Positions 1 to 10,065 of a stretch of 64,000 bases of DNA are shown here, in pieces. Each line of letters starts with the position of its first letter. Position 1 is the first letter of the stretch. The position numbers were made by a program, and so were the translations under genes. Source of the DNA: a virus (lineage: Duplodnaviria > Caudoviricetes); IMG/VR virus record IMGVR_UViG_3300031134_000001, positions 128,001 through 192,000 of that record; one strand, written 5' to 3'. A model generated the notes under the pieces. That model saw nothing but the letters and a program-made list of their open reading frames with translations. It had not been told where the DNA came from and did not search any database.

Positions 1-1
1 C

Positions 2-214
2 GCGACCGAGCGTCAGTACACGATGGACGTCATGAAATCGCTGGCCAACTTCAACACCACGCTCACGCGCTGGATGACGGAGCTGACCATGCCAGTGACG
101 AAGAAGATCTACCAAAGCTGCCGTACGTCGCTCGTGCTGGTCGAGAAGTCGCTCGGCGACTACAAGGCCGGTGCTGCTGCGTCTGCAGTTGCTGGTGGCG
201 GTATCGCTTCGTAA
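2..214 (+). CDS. 3' end of a gene cut by the window edge; possibly a phiKZ-type internal head protein
   Basis: Frame is open from position 2 (ATERQYTMDV...). The C-terminus ...RWMTEL...LVEKSLGDYK resembles phiKZ gp93-97-family ends, and it sits before a gp98-101-like block (from memory). Confidence 0.5.
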   Translation, partial: ATERQYTMDVMKSLANFNTTLTRWMTELTMPVTKKIYQSCRTSLVLVEKSLGDYKAGAAASAVAGGGIAS

Positions 215-228
215 GCGAGTCCTCCTCG

Positions 229-268
229 AAAAAACCCTACTGTCCTGTTGGATGGTGGGGTTTTTTTT
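229..268 (+). terminator. Rho-independent terminator
   Basis: Stem ccctactgtcc/ggatggtgggg followed by a T8 run. Confidence 0.85.
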
Positions 269-320
269 ATGACGCCTATAAAAAGGTGGATGGTATGAGC
301 TTTACTTTAGGAAGCAAATT

Positions 321-1865
321 ATGCCAATGATTAAGTTACCCGTTCCAGAAACCACTGAGAGTGTTACCCGTCCTGTGATGTTGGACGTTGTACGTCAACT
401 CATGGTCTTGACCGGTATCTCCAAGAAAACCAACATCGTCTACTTTGGCGACATGGAACGTAGCAAACAGCTTAACTCTGCCATCGGTGAATCCGAGAAA
501 GACGATCCCAACACCTTTGCGGCCAATGACAAGATCACCATTGAAATCTCTGAGAACTATTACAGCGATCTCGTGGTCAACGACGCCGTCGAGCGCCCTG
601 AGAATCTGCTGGTGTTCCAAGACGCGCCGCTGTCGATCACGGTCAAGCCGATCTACAAGCAAATGGATGCCAACATCAGTTTCAAGTACCGCACCAAAAA
701 CGAGAACGAAGCCATTCAATGGCGCGACTACATCAAGTCACGCATCACGCAAAAGTCTGAACTGTATCTGCACAATGTCAGTTACGCGTTCGGCATTCCG
801 GAAGAATGCATCTTTATCCTCAAAGAACTGCACCGCCTGCGGGAGAACGTTGCGGGCTTTGACGAAGACTTTGACACGTACTTCGCCAAACACCGTACGC
901 CCAAGATGACGATGCTGACGAACTTAAACGGTACGGCCAAGATGTGGGCTGTGCCTGAAACGCAAACCCGCATCCAAGGTTGGTTCGATTGGGGCGAAGC
1001 GCCTGAGAAGGCCACGCGCGATGGTGATGGCGGTACGTACACCGTGTCGTTTAATTACATCTTCCGCTACGCTCGCCCGTCTGAAGTTTACATGATGTAC
1101 CCGATCGTTGTGCATAACCAAATGCTTGACAAGAAGTTCCGGGATGTGAAACTCGAAGACCATAACGACCTGGAAACAGTAGCGTCCATGAACTCACGCT
1201 TGTTCCGTTCGTTTGAGGGGGCGCTCTGGAGCGACAAACAAGTACAAGACTTTGGTTTTTCAGTGCCATCCTACGATGAGTTCTGGCCAGCCATGACGGC
1301 CCGCAATACCCGGCGGCTGTTAACCTTGCTGTTTACGCTCGACCAGATGAATCCGCGACTGTTCATGAATATCGGCACTGTCAAGAACCGGCAATTCCAT
1401 CCTGATATTTTGGCGTACATCCGCGCTGAGCGTGAGTACCTGGCCAAGCCCGCCATGAGTGCGATCAATATCGGTCTGTACAAGAACGAGTTTTTAATCG
1501 ACCATGATCCCGTGCCGTTTACGATCGACGCTGATTTGAATGTGGTAGGTAAGCTGTCGATTAACTGGCGTGTGCAGCATCACTTGCGCATCAGTCTGTT
1601 TACCGATTGGCAATCCTTGCGTGGCGGCGCCTTACAGCGCTTACAAGACCATGGCCGCGCCGCCATTCTCATGTTGCTGGCCATTGACCCAACACTCAAG
1701 CAACGTGGGTTCTTGCCTGTCTTAATCGACGATAACTTCGTCTCCAAGACCAGTTTGTTAATCGCCATCCAAAACATGCAACCAATGGAAACCCCAGTGT
1801 TCATGGGGCCTACTGGCATGATGTATACTGTCCAGACGGTGTTCGTCGAGACGGATCGTCAATAG
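321..1865 (+). CDS. phiKZ-like virion structural protein (514 aa)
   Basis: Long ORF with SD (aggaag). Size and order match the conserved jumbo-phage block that follows the internal head genes. Confidence 0.7.
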   Translation: MPMIKLPVPETTESVTRPVMLDVVRQLMVLTGISKKTNIVYFGDMERSKQLNSAIGESEKDDPNTFAANDKITIEISENYYSDLVVNDAVERPENLLVFQDAPLSITVKPIYKQMDANISFKYRTKNENEAIQWRDYIKSRITQKSELYLHNVSYAFGIPEECIFILKELHRLRENVAGFDEDFDTYFAKHRTPKMTMLTNLNGTAKMWAVPETQTRIQGWFDWGEAPEKATRDGDGGTYTVSFNYIFRYARPSEVYMMYPIVVHNQMLDKKFRDVKLEDHNDLETVASMNSRLFRSFEGALWSDKQVQDFGFSVPSYDEFWPAMTARNTRRLLTLLFTLDQMNPRLFMNIGTVKNRQFHPDILAYIRAEREYLAKPAMSAINIGLYKNEFLIDHDPVPFTIDADLNVVGKLSINWRVQHHLRISLFTDWQSLRGGALQRLQDHGRAAILMLLAIDPTLKQRGFLPVLIDDNFVSKTSLLIAIQNMQPMETPVFMGPTGMMYTVQTVFVETDRQ

Positions 1866-1887
1866 CCACCTTTAAGAAAGAATACGC

Positions 1888-3255
1888 ATGCCTGTTATCG
1901 AAGACGACGCCCCTGGCGCGTTACCATCCAAGACCCCATCCCCTGTTCAGATCGCAGCGCCTGAATACAAAGGCATTACGGTCGATACTCGCTACGAGCC
2001 AGCCCGCGCTTTACTGACACACATCGAGGGGATGGCGTGGACGGTGAATTACTACAGCCAAGTGCTGGGCAAAGACAATGCGTTGTCCAGCCAGAACGTG
2101 GATCGCTCGGCGGTGTTCCAAGGCTACAAGCGCATCATCGCGTTAGAGCTCAAAGTCACCACAGCGCTTAACACCACGCAAGACCAACAGACCAAGAACT
2201 TCTCGGTCACCGGTCAAGCCAACCTGATTCCGTGTGGCCTGATCCCCAACGAAGGCGACTGCTTTATCGCTGACGTAGGTGACGGCCGTGAAGCGGTGTT
2301 TGAAATCACCAGCAGTGAAAAGCGTTCGATCTACAAAGACGGCGCGTACGTGATCGACTACAAGCTCGTGGACTATAGCGAGCAAGATGCGCGTATCGCT
2401 GACTTGACCATCAAGACTGTGGAAGAGTTGCAGTTCGATCGCGCGAGTCTGGAAGCTGGTCAGAAAGGTCTGATCCATAGCACTGACTTTGCCATCACGC
2501 AAAAGCTGCGCGGTTACTACGCTGAAATGTCGGACTACTACTTCGGCCGATTCTTCAGCAACAAACGTGGGACGATGCTGCTGCCAGCGCAGAACGTGGA
2601 GATTTACGATCCGTTCTTAACTGACGCCGTGCTGCGCATGTTCCGGGATGAGCCGCACGAGAACATCCGCCGTATTCGCCAGCTGAACATCTACGAAGAC
2701 GACAACTACGATTCGCCCACAGTCTGGACAGCGCTGCGTAACAAACGCCGTAAGGACCTGATCGGTTGCACGCGTCGTGTGGCTCTGGTCGCTACCAAGC
2801 ACTTCTCGCCTAATCCAGTGCTAAACAGTGCACGGTATTCGGGTGTGCAGTACGTGGTGTATCCGGTCGATGCGGTCAAGTCGGAAGACTACCATCACCG
2901 TGATCTGAGTAAACCGCTGGCTGTGGAAAGCATCCAGCTCTCACCGACACGCTTGATCAGCCTGACTGATCTGATCCAGATCACAGAACTCAATGGTTTG
3001 CCGTCGTTTAGCGCGCAAGCGATTTTGCCATCGCACAAAGACACGTATGTCTTCTCGCCCGCGTTCTACAACCAAACCAACCCAGGACAGTCTGCGCTCG
3101 AACTGGCGTTTAACGCCTACCTGGATGACAAAGCGTACAACATGAAACTACTGCAAGAACTGTGCGTGAGCTACACCTCGTGGGCACCACTCGAACAGTT
3201 CTACCAAATGCCATTCTTGATGGCCATTGTGCGTAGTGCAATCGGGAGGCTGTAA
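1888..3255 (+). CDS. phiKZ-like virion structural protein (455 aa)
   Basis: Motifs VTYYSQV and PNEGDCFIAD are typical of phiKZ-like virion proteins. Operonic with neighbours. Confidence 0.7.
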   Translation: MPVIEDDAPGALPSKTPSPVQIAAPEYKGITVDTRYEPARALLTHIEGMAWTVNYYSQVLGKDNALSSQNVDRSAVFQGYKRIIALELKVTTALNTTQDQQTKNFSVTGQANLIPCGLIPNEGDCFIADVGDGREAVFEITSSEKRSIYKDGAYVIDYKLVDYSEQDARIADLTIKTVEELQFDRASLEAGQKGLIHSTDFAITQKLRGYYAEMSDYYFGRFFSNKRGTMLLPAQNVEIYDPFLTDAVLRMFRDEPHENIRRIRQLNIYEDDNYDSPTVWTALRNKRRKDLIGCTRRVALVATKHFSPNPVLNSARYSGVQYVVYPVDAVKSEDYHHRDLSKPLAVESIQLSPTRLISLTDLIQITELNGLPSFSAQAILPSHKDTYVFSPAFYNQTNPGQSALELAFNAYLDDKAYNMKLLQELCVSYTSWAPLEQFYQMPFLMAIVRSAIGRL

Positions 3256-3956
3256 TGGCGTGGATTCCTGTTCACCAGCGTAGTACTGGCTGGTACTTGT
3301 TTAACAAGCTGTTTCACGTGCGGATCAATCCGCGGCAAGTGCGTACTGCCGAAGACATCAAACTGTTCGGTACACCCACTACCGGCAACGAAGACTTCGA
3401 CCGGGAGATGGACAAAGCCGAGCACGTGGTGATGTGGCCGATCTCGCAGATGGAAGCGCACTTCTCTGGTGGCTACAACGTGAAACTCGTCAAGCGTGAT
3501 GAGTGTTCCGAGATCTACACCTTGATCAGCAACCACCTCTCGGCGATGCGTAACTTAACCGTAGAGTCGGAGAACTCGGCCAACAGTCCTGAGATGATGG
3601 ATGAACTCATTCGACTGGACCGGTTTGCTGAAGCGGTGTTTACCCATGCACGTTACGGTCTGCGCGACAACCTGCAACACGCGGGTTACGCACGGCGTGC
3701 AAAAGCCCGTGACCGCTTTGCTAGTCTGGCGGACTTGATCCACCGCGGCGAAGTCAGTCAAGCGACAGTTAACATGGTGCCGAGTAACTCTGTAGTGGGT
3801 CGTAACTACGGTACGGCAGAAGACTTGCCAGCACCCATTCCTGAAACCGGCCTAGTGCCATTAGATCCAATCGTGGAAGATCCGCGTTTACCCAAACGCG
3901 TAAGCTTGGCCCAAATGTTCGAAGAACGAAAGAACCTGGGTGCACGGTGGACGTAG
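3255..3956 (+). CDS. conserved jumbo-phage hypothetical protein (233 aa)
   Basis: TAATG stop/start coupling with the upstream gene. Confidence 0.7.
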   Translation: MAWIPVHQRSTGWYLFNKLFHVRINPRQVRTAEDIKLFGTPTTGNEDFDREMDKAEHVVMWPISQMEAHFSGGYNVKLVKRDECSEIYTLISNHLSAMRNLTVESENSANSPEMMDELIRLDRFAEAVFTHARYGLRDNLQHAGYARRAKARDRFASLADLIHRGEVSQATVNMVPSNSVVGRNYGTAEDLPAPIPETGLVPLDPIVEDPRLPKRVSLAQMFEERKNLGARWT

Positions 3957-3965
3957 TGAGGACGT

Positions 3966-5327
3966 ATGGATATTGAAAAAAGTTCGCTCTGGCGTGAAGT
4001 ACAAGGCGTCTTAAGTGGTGGTAGTAAACCCGTACACCAGACATGGAGTGTGCGGATCTTTGCTGGTGGCGATACGATCATCCCGTTTAAGATCGTGTCG
4101 GTCGATATTGACCGCGATTACTTGAACAACTACACCGACTTCATTTTGGTAGACGTGCGGGTGCCTCTAGGCACTTACGCGAAACGGTTGTATCCACATC
4201 TGGCCAACGTAGAGATCGAGTTAAAGCGGGTCAACATTGGCGAGACCAGTGACGCAGCGCAGTTAAACGATGCTGTGGAAGTCGAGCGCTATACGGCCAT
4301 CATGATCGACACGGGTAATCCGATCATCGAAAACGGTGTGGGTAACACCACCTCTGAAGAAGACTTAAACCGCATCGAGATTTTAACGGTGAAGTTCCAA
4401 CTCTTGAATAAAGTGTTGGAGCAAATCCGCGTCATCCCCGTCGGCGGTATCCGCCGCAACATGACGGGTGAAGATGTGGTCAAGTCTGTCTTGACGCAAG
4501 CTTCGCAACTGGCAGACGTTGATACCAGTCGCAAGATCAAAGGCGTGCGGATGGTGCCTGCCTCGAACCAGCAAAAGCGTAGTGCGGTGATTCTGCCGCA
4601 CAACCTGGAGATGGTGAATGTGCCGCACCACGTGCACTACCACTGTGGCGGTTTGTACAACTCGGGGTTGGGTTACTATCTGCAAGACGATTACTGGCAT
4701 GTGTTCCCAGCGTTTGACAATACCCGGTTCAATGAAGGTGGCACAACCTTAACCATCATTAACCTGCCTCCACGTCGCTTGCCGGGTGTTGAGCGTACCT
4801 ACCGTAAGGATGGTGACAACTTGGTGGTGTTGGCTACTGGCGACTCGAACTTCCGAGATGTGAGTAACACCATGCAGCTCAATGCCGGTAACGGTGTGCG
4901 CTTTGCTGACGCGACATCCTTGCTCGATAGTTTCGCTACGGTGGCTAACAACAAAGCCCAAGCAGCGCGGGGCCGTAGCAATACCGAGATCATCACGGAC
5001 AAACGCCCGAATGGCATTAACTACACACCGACGGCTGCGCGCAGCATCAATGCCAATCCCTACGTGGAGTATTCGGCGCTGGCAGCGCGTCAAGGTAGCG
5101 GTATTAATCTGGTGTGGGAAAATGCCGACCACACGCTCTTGTATCCTGGGATGCCTGTGCGGGTGATGTATCTGGACGGGGCGGAGATCAAAGAGTTGTA
5201 CGGCGTGCTGTTAGGCGCGCATCTGTACGCGAGTCTGCGTGATGTTGGCGTGACGTCTGAACGGTTCGTGAACAACTTAACGTTAAGCGTGTTCGTCAAA
5301 CCAATGAGCAAAATGGCAGCAACCTAG
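3966..5327 (+). CDS. putative baseplate hub-like virion protein (453 aa)
   Basis: SD gaggacgt. Motifs GxYxxGLGYY and LYPGMPVRV are characteristic of phiKZ-like hub proteins (recalled). Confidence 0.6.
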   Translation: MDIEKSSLWREVQGVLSGGSKPVHQTWSVRIFAGGDTIIPFKIVSVDIDRDYLNNYTDFILVDVRVPLGTYAKRLYPHLANVEIELKRVNIGETSDAAQLNDAVEVERYTAIMIDTGNPIIENGVGNTTSEEDLNRIEILTVKFQLLNKVLEQIRVIPVGGIRRNMTGEDVVKSVLTQASQLADVDTSRKIKGVRMVPASNQQKRSAVILPHNLEMVNVPHHVHYHCGGLYNSGLGYYLQDDYWHVFPAFDNTRFNEGGTTLTIINLPPRRLPGVERTYRKDGDNLVVLATGDSNFRDVSNTMQLNAGNGVRFADATSLLDSFATVANNKAQAARGRSNTEIITDKRPNGINYTPTAARSINANPYVEYSALAARQGSGINLVWENADHTLLYPGMPVRVMYLDGAEIKELYGVLLGAHLYASLRDVGVTSERFVNNLTLSVFVKPMSKMAAT

Positions 5328-5366
5328 AGAGGAGGCGGGGAATTGTTGTATTCCCTGCGCTTCTTT
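5328..5366 (+). terminator. hairpin/terminator
   Basis: gaggcggggaat/attccctgcgcttc stem followed by a T-rich tail. Confidence 0.5.
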
Positions 5367-5439
5367 GGTAGTTATTTATTTATCTTATGCCTTACAGCTT
5401 TGCGCTGTCTTAGTTTACCCAGCTTTTTAAGGAGCCGCG

Positions 5440-6015
5440 ATGGCGACTGACCTCACTAAAGCGCCGTTGGAAATCCTGGTTGATCTGATCAACGACACCA
5501 ATGGCTGCGCTCTAACCACATCGGACATCACGTTCGGCCCCCCTTCTGCTTTGTTAAACAGCGCTCGCAATACGAGCCTGCGTATCACAGCAACCCCTAG
5601 CAGCGTCTACAGCGGCTCACGTGACGTTACGTACGACCGCATTGACATGGCGACCATTCCGGGCCTGCGCAGCACTGGGTTCGATCTGGGCACTGCCAGG
5701 ACTATCCGCGATTTGATCCCCATGATCAACAACGCGTATTTGCTTAACCTGCAGCCGGAAGATTACTACGACGACATCTTACCGAACTTCGGCCAAGGTG
5801 CTGACGTCAGTTACCACTTTACGCTGCGCGCCAAACCAGCGTCCTACATTTACCGTAATTGGTTGGTGTTGTCGGGCAATGGCAATCGCTTGGTGATTGG
5901 TGATGTGATTACCCAGAATCTGTTGTCGGGTTTCATCTTGCCAGAAATGAGCCAAGAACTGGAAGGCACTGAAATCTTAAATGGTTTCTTCTTCCCAGCG
6001 ACCGACCCCGTGTAG
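5440..6015 (+). CDS. virion/baseplate-associated protein, paralogue 1 (191 aa)
   Basis: SD aaggag. Motif RNTSLRITA..SVYSGSRDVTYDRIDM is shared with 6121 and 12730. Confidence 0.75.
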   Translation: MATDLTKAPLEILVDLINDTNGCALTTSDITFGPPSALLNSARNTSLRITATPSSVYSGSRDVTYDRIDMATIPGLRSTGFDLGTARTIRDLIPMINNAYLLNLQPEDYYDDILPNFGQGADVSYHFTLRAKPASYIYRNWLVLSGNGNRLVIGDVITQNLLSGFILPEMSQELEGTEILNGFFFPATDPV

Positions 6016-6034
6016 TTCCCCTGTTGGCTACAAA

Positions 6035-6096
6035 GTAGCATCCCTATCTCTACTTACCTACACGGGCGAGTGGGGGTAGGGATGCTACTTTTTTTT
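6035..6096 (+). terminator. Rho-independent terminator with long stem
   Basis: gtagcatccctatctctactt/agtgggggtagggatgctac followed by T8. Confidence 0.85.
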
Positions 6097-6120
6097 GTTG
6101 CATTTTACAAGGAAGTCATT

Positions 6121-6609
6121 ATGTCCAGCACCGATCGTATTTTGCAGATGGTGACGGAGAAGAACCGTCCAACCTATCCGCTCACCACAGAGCGCGTTGC
6201 GCTAAGCGGTTTGTTGGTTGAAAATGCCAACGATCACAACACACGCTTGACCATGCGAGCTCGGGGCAACAACACGGGCTACACAGGACAAGTCGACCTT
6301 TTCTACACCCGCGTGAGCTTGACCGCACTGGGTGCGTTGTACATCGCTCGGGAAAAACCGTTCTCGTTGGCTGAACTACTGGCCGCTATTAACGTTAACA
6401 AGAACGCTCAGATTACCACGGAAGACATCACCAACGTTGATGTACCGCCAACCGAGACGGGCGTGCCACTGGCCTTTACGTTAAGTGCCCAAGACGAATC
6501 GATGGTCTGGTTAGGTAACACCCGTGTGAATATCTTAACCGGCATCCCCGCAGCTGCCCCCGATCTGTTTACCTTCTTGAACAAAGAAGCTTCGCATTTG
6601 TTCGGATAA
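6121..6609 (+). CDS. virion/baseplate-associated protein, paralogue 2 (162 aa)
   Basis: SD aagga before ATG 6121; the track's GTG 6070 lies inside the terminator. Motif HNTRLTMRA..GYTGQVDLFYTRVSL. Confidence 0.75.
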   Translation: MSSTDRILQMVTEKNRPTYPLTTERVALSGLLVENANDHNTRLTMRARGNNTGYTGQVDLFYTRVSLTALGALYIAREKPFSLAELLAAINVNKNAQITTEDITNVDVPPTETGVPLAFTLSAQDESMVWLGNTRVNILTGIPAAAPDLFTFLNKEASHLFG

Positions 6610-6634
6610 GCACTCTTATAAAACACAGGAAGGA

Positions 6635-9600
6635 ATGAACATGTCGGAATTTGACGACCTGATTGACAAATTTAAGACCAGCATGGTAATGTCTGGCACC
6701 TACGTCAATGGCGACGATGGTACGGATATTCAAACAGCTAGCGGTCCCGTACCGTCCCTGGCTAAGCAAGCCAAGCTCGGTCGACTGCGTATCGACGCGG
6801 TGTTGCCGGACTTAACGCGTGTGCTGGTGTTGGAAGGCGATCGTGACTACAACGCCAACCAACAAGGCTGGGGTCGTTTGCACTTGGGGCTGGATCGTGT
6901 CGACAATACACCCGATGCATCCAAGCCGCTCTCGACTGCCATGCAACGCGCAATCGAAGAACTCATCACGCAGATCAAGCTTAAAGAAAACAAGTCCGAT
7001 CGCGATGTGCCCAACGGTTACCCGAGCTACACGGCTAGCCGCTTAAAGCTCATCGGCACTGCCAACCAACCCGTGGGCTACATCAGCCATCAGAACACGG
7101 TGGAACGTTCGTGGACGCTGCCTGACAAGAGTGGTGAGCTCGCACTCAAGAGCGACTTGACCGGCACCAATAGCGGCACCAACACTGGTGACGAAACGCA
7201 GACCACGATCTTAACCAAGCTTGGCGCAACGAAAGTAACCGGCACCAACACTGGTGACTTCGATTCCGTCACCACGTACACGACTGTCTCGGGCCTGCCG
7301 AACGTGGGTGTGGACAAACGCATCTACATCGTCAAGTCCAACGCCACGATGTACTTCTGGAATGGTGCGGCCTACCAGTTACTCACGACCTTGATCACGG
7401 ATAGTGACTCGGTCCCAGAAGGCAACAACAAATACTTCACCCAACTGCGCGCCATCCAATCGGTGCTGAGCACCTACGCGGTGACGCCCGCCGGTGTGGT
7501 AGTTGCTAGCGACACGGTGGTTGGTGCGATTGCGAAACTGCAAGCCCAGATCAACACCGCGATCAATGACTACAACGCCAAGCTCGCAGAACGTGAAACC
7601 CTGGTCAACAAAGCCACAACCTTCGCTACCGTCAATCACACGCTCTACCCAACGGTGCAAGCGGTCAAGACGTACGCTGACGCGCTCGTAGCGGGCGTTA
7701 TCAAGGACTGTGGCAACTGGGACGCGTCGAGCAACGCATTCCCCGCCACGGGCGGCTCAGGCACCTCTGGTGCGATTCGTAAAGGTAACTTCTGGTACGT
7801 GAATGTGGCAGGCACCTTGGGTGGTGTGGCTGTCAATATCGGCGACTCGTTCCGCGCTCTGGTTGATAGTCCAGAACAAGTGGCTGCAAACTGGGCGGTC
7901 CTTGAATCGAATCTCGGGTATGTTCCCTACAACGCCACAAACCCGGCCAAGTACATCTCCGCCATTACTGGTGCGATGGTCACGGGGGCTCTGGGTTATA
8001 CGCCTTTAAAGACGGCGGACAAAGACGCGAGCAGCGGCGTTGTGGGTATGACTGGTTTTGCGGTAAACCTGAAGAACGCCGACGGTACGTTTGTATCCAA
8101 GCTGATCAACAACGCCACGGGTGTGCGTCAATGGACGATGCCTGATAAAGACGGCGTGGTGGCTTTGATGTCGGATCTGACTGGCTTGACCAGTGGTACC
8201 AACACAGGCGATGAAACCAAAGACACGTTGCTGTCCAAACTCGGCGCGACCCAAGTTACCGGTAGCAACACGGGTGACCAGACCATCACCTTAACGGGTG
8301 ACGTCACAGGCGGCGGTACGGCCGGTGTAGCCACGACCATCGCAGCAGGCGCCGTAACCTTGAACAAGTTCCAAACGGTCCCTACCGGCGTTCTGGTGGG
8401 TCGTAGCGATGGTGGGACGGGTACTGCGCAACTGCTTAACGCTGCCAGTGTCAAAGCACTGCTGGGTTTGAATGCAGTGGACAACACGAGCGACGCCAAC
8501 AAAGTCGTTAGCGCAGCGCAGCAAACGGCACTGAACGCCAAAGAGAACACGGTTAACAAAGCGGTTGACTTTAGCGTGACGGACAACGTGCGTTACCCAA
8601 CGACGCTGGCTGTGAAGACCTTCGTGGATGCGCGTATCGCTGGTGTGGTGTCGGACTGTGGCAACTGGGATGCCTCGACTGGCGCTTACCCAACTGTGGG
8701 TGGTACTGGCACAAACGGGGCGATCAAGAAAGGCAACCTGTTCTACATCTCGACGGCCGGTGCCATCGGCGGCGTGATGTTAACCAACGGCGATAGCATT
8801 CGCGCTCTGGTGGACAACCCAGGTCAAAGCAATCTGAACTGGGGCGCTCTGGAGACGAACATTGGTTACGTGCCATACAACGCTACCAACCCAGCAGGCT
8901 ACATCTCCGGCATCAATGGCGCCATGGTCGCTAGCGCTCTGGGTTACGCGCCCGAGAATCCGAGTGCTCGCAACGCAGCCAACGGTTACCCAACCTTGCA
9001 AAACTACGGTGTGGTGTTAAAGAACGGCGATGGCGGCGCAGCTTCGGCTATCCGCAGCTCAGCAACAGTCGCCCGTAGCTGGACCATGCCAGACAAAGAC
9101 GGCATCGTTGCACTCCTGTCCGACTTGAGCGGTTTGAACTCCGGTACGAATACGGGTGACGAAACCCAAGCCACCATTCTGAACAAGTTGGGCGCGACCA
9201 GGGTTACAGGTAGCAATACCGGCGACGAAACTGGCACAACCATTCGTGCTAAGTTAGGCGGTGGTGCGTTGTCTGGTTCGAACACCGGTGATGAAACCGC
9301 CGAGACCATTCTGGCGAAACTGCCGATGGTGCCTGTGAACAAAGCCGGTGACTCGTTAACCGGTGCGCTGAACTTCGCGCCTGGAGCGCAGATCGTTAGT
9401 GCGGCCTCGCTGAACCTATCTGCTGTTAATAGCAACGTCGTGGAAGTAACTGGCGTTACGCAAATCACCAGTATCACGTTGGCTGACGGCATGATGCGCT
9501 TTGTGCGCTTTGCAGGTCGTTTGACTTTGGTGCATGGCGCAAATCTGGTTCTGCCTACCAATGCCAGTGTCATTACCAATCCAGGCGACTGGGCTGTGCT

Positions 9601-10015
9601 AGTCGGTCGCCCTAACGGTGTGGTCCAGTGCGTAAACTACATGCGCGCTTCGGGCATGCCGGTGTTTGGTAACTCGCGCGAGAAGGTGCGCCAGATTCTG
9701 GCCAACACGACTTCGACTGTGATTGACTTGAACACTGGTGACGAAGCAACTGTCTTCAAAGTGACGATCGCATCGAACACCACCATCACGTTCATCAACG
9801 CACCATCTTCGCCAACAGGCGAAATCTTCAACTTCTCCTTGATCACTATCAACGACGCTACCGATGGCCGGGCCATGGCTTTTGGCAATACCATCGAATG
9901 GGCCTTCAAGCAACTGCCCGCACGCACCACAGGCGCTAACGCCAAAGACGTGTGGTCGTTCTACGTTGATGGTTCCACGTATGGCGGCGCCCTGTCGTCG
10001 CAAGATCAAGGCTAA
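6635..10015 (+). CDS. long tail fibre protein (1126 aa) with internal repeats
   Basis: GL..VDNT.DA.K motif twice, the WTxPDK...SGTNTGDET block three times, and the CGNWDAS...GYVPYNATNP domain twice. Confidence 0.85.
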   Translation: MNMSEFDDLIDKFKTSMVMSGTYVNGDDGTDIQTASGPVPSLAKQAKLGRLRIDAVLPDLTRVLVLEGDRDYNANQQGWGRLHLGLDRVDNTPDASKPLSTAMQRAIEELITQIKLKENKSDRDVPNGYPSYTASRLKLIGTANQPVGYISHQNTVERSWTLPDKSGELALKSDLTGTNSGTNTGDETQTTILTKLGATKVTGTNTGDFDSVTTYTTVSGLPNVGVDKRIYIVKSNATMYFWNGAAYQLLTTLITDSDSVPEGNNKYFTQLRAIQSVLSTYAVTPAGVVVASDTVVGAIAKLQAQINTAINDYNAKLAERETLVNKATTFATVNHTLYPTVQAVKTYADALVAGVIKDCGNWDASSNAFPATGGSGTSGAIRKGNFWYVNVAGTLGGVAVNIGDSFRALVDSPEQVAANWAVLESNLGYVPYNATNPAKYISAITGAMVTGALGYTPLKTADKDASSGVVGMTGFAVNLKNADGTFVSKLINNATGVRQWTMPDKDGVVALMSDLTGLTSGTNTGDETKDTLLSKLGATQVTGSNTGDQTITLTGDVTGGGTAGVATTIAAGAVTLNKFQTVPTGVLVGRSDGGTGTAQLLNAASVKALLGLNAVDNTSDANKVVSAAQQTALNAKENTVNKAVDFSVTDNVRYPTTLAVKTFVDARIAGVVSDCGNWDASTGAYPTVGGTGTNGAIKKGNLFYISTAGAIGGVMLTNGDSIRALVDNPGQSNLNWGALETNIGYVPYNATNPAGYISGINGAMVASALGYAPENPSARNAANGYPTLQNYGVVLKNGDGGAASAIRSSATVARSWTMPDKDGIVALLSDLSGLNSGTNTGDETQATILNKLGATRVTGSNTGDETGTTIRAKLGGGALSGSNTGDETAETILAKLPMVPVNKAGDSLTGALNFAPGAQIVSAASLNLSAVNSNVVEVTGVTQITSITLADGMMRFVRFAGRLTLVHGANLVLPTNASVITNPGDWAVLVGRPNGVVQCVNYMRASGMPVFGNSREKVRQILANTTSTVIDLNTGDEATVFKVTIASNTTITFINAPSSPTGEIFNFSLITINDATDGRAMAFGNTIEWAFKQLPARTTGANAKDVWSFYVDGSTYGGALSSQDQG

Positions 10016-10021
10016 TGTTTC

Positions 10022-10047
10022 GAGGCGGGCTCACGCTCGCCTCTTTT
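10022..10047 (+). terminator. Rho-independent terminator
   Basis: gaggcgggc-tcac-gctcgcctc followed by tttt. Confidence 0.75.
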
Positions 10048-10065
10048 ACTTAACAAAGGTCGCTT

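Noticed and set aside
7680-8950. Repeats in the tail fibre as DGR template/variable repeats or an invertible cassette
   Set aside because: Both copies are in-frame protein domains with general synonymous divergence, not adenine-specific changes. No reverse transcriptase or invertase in the window.
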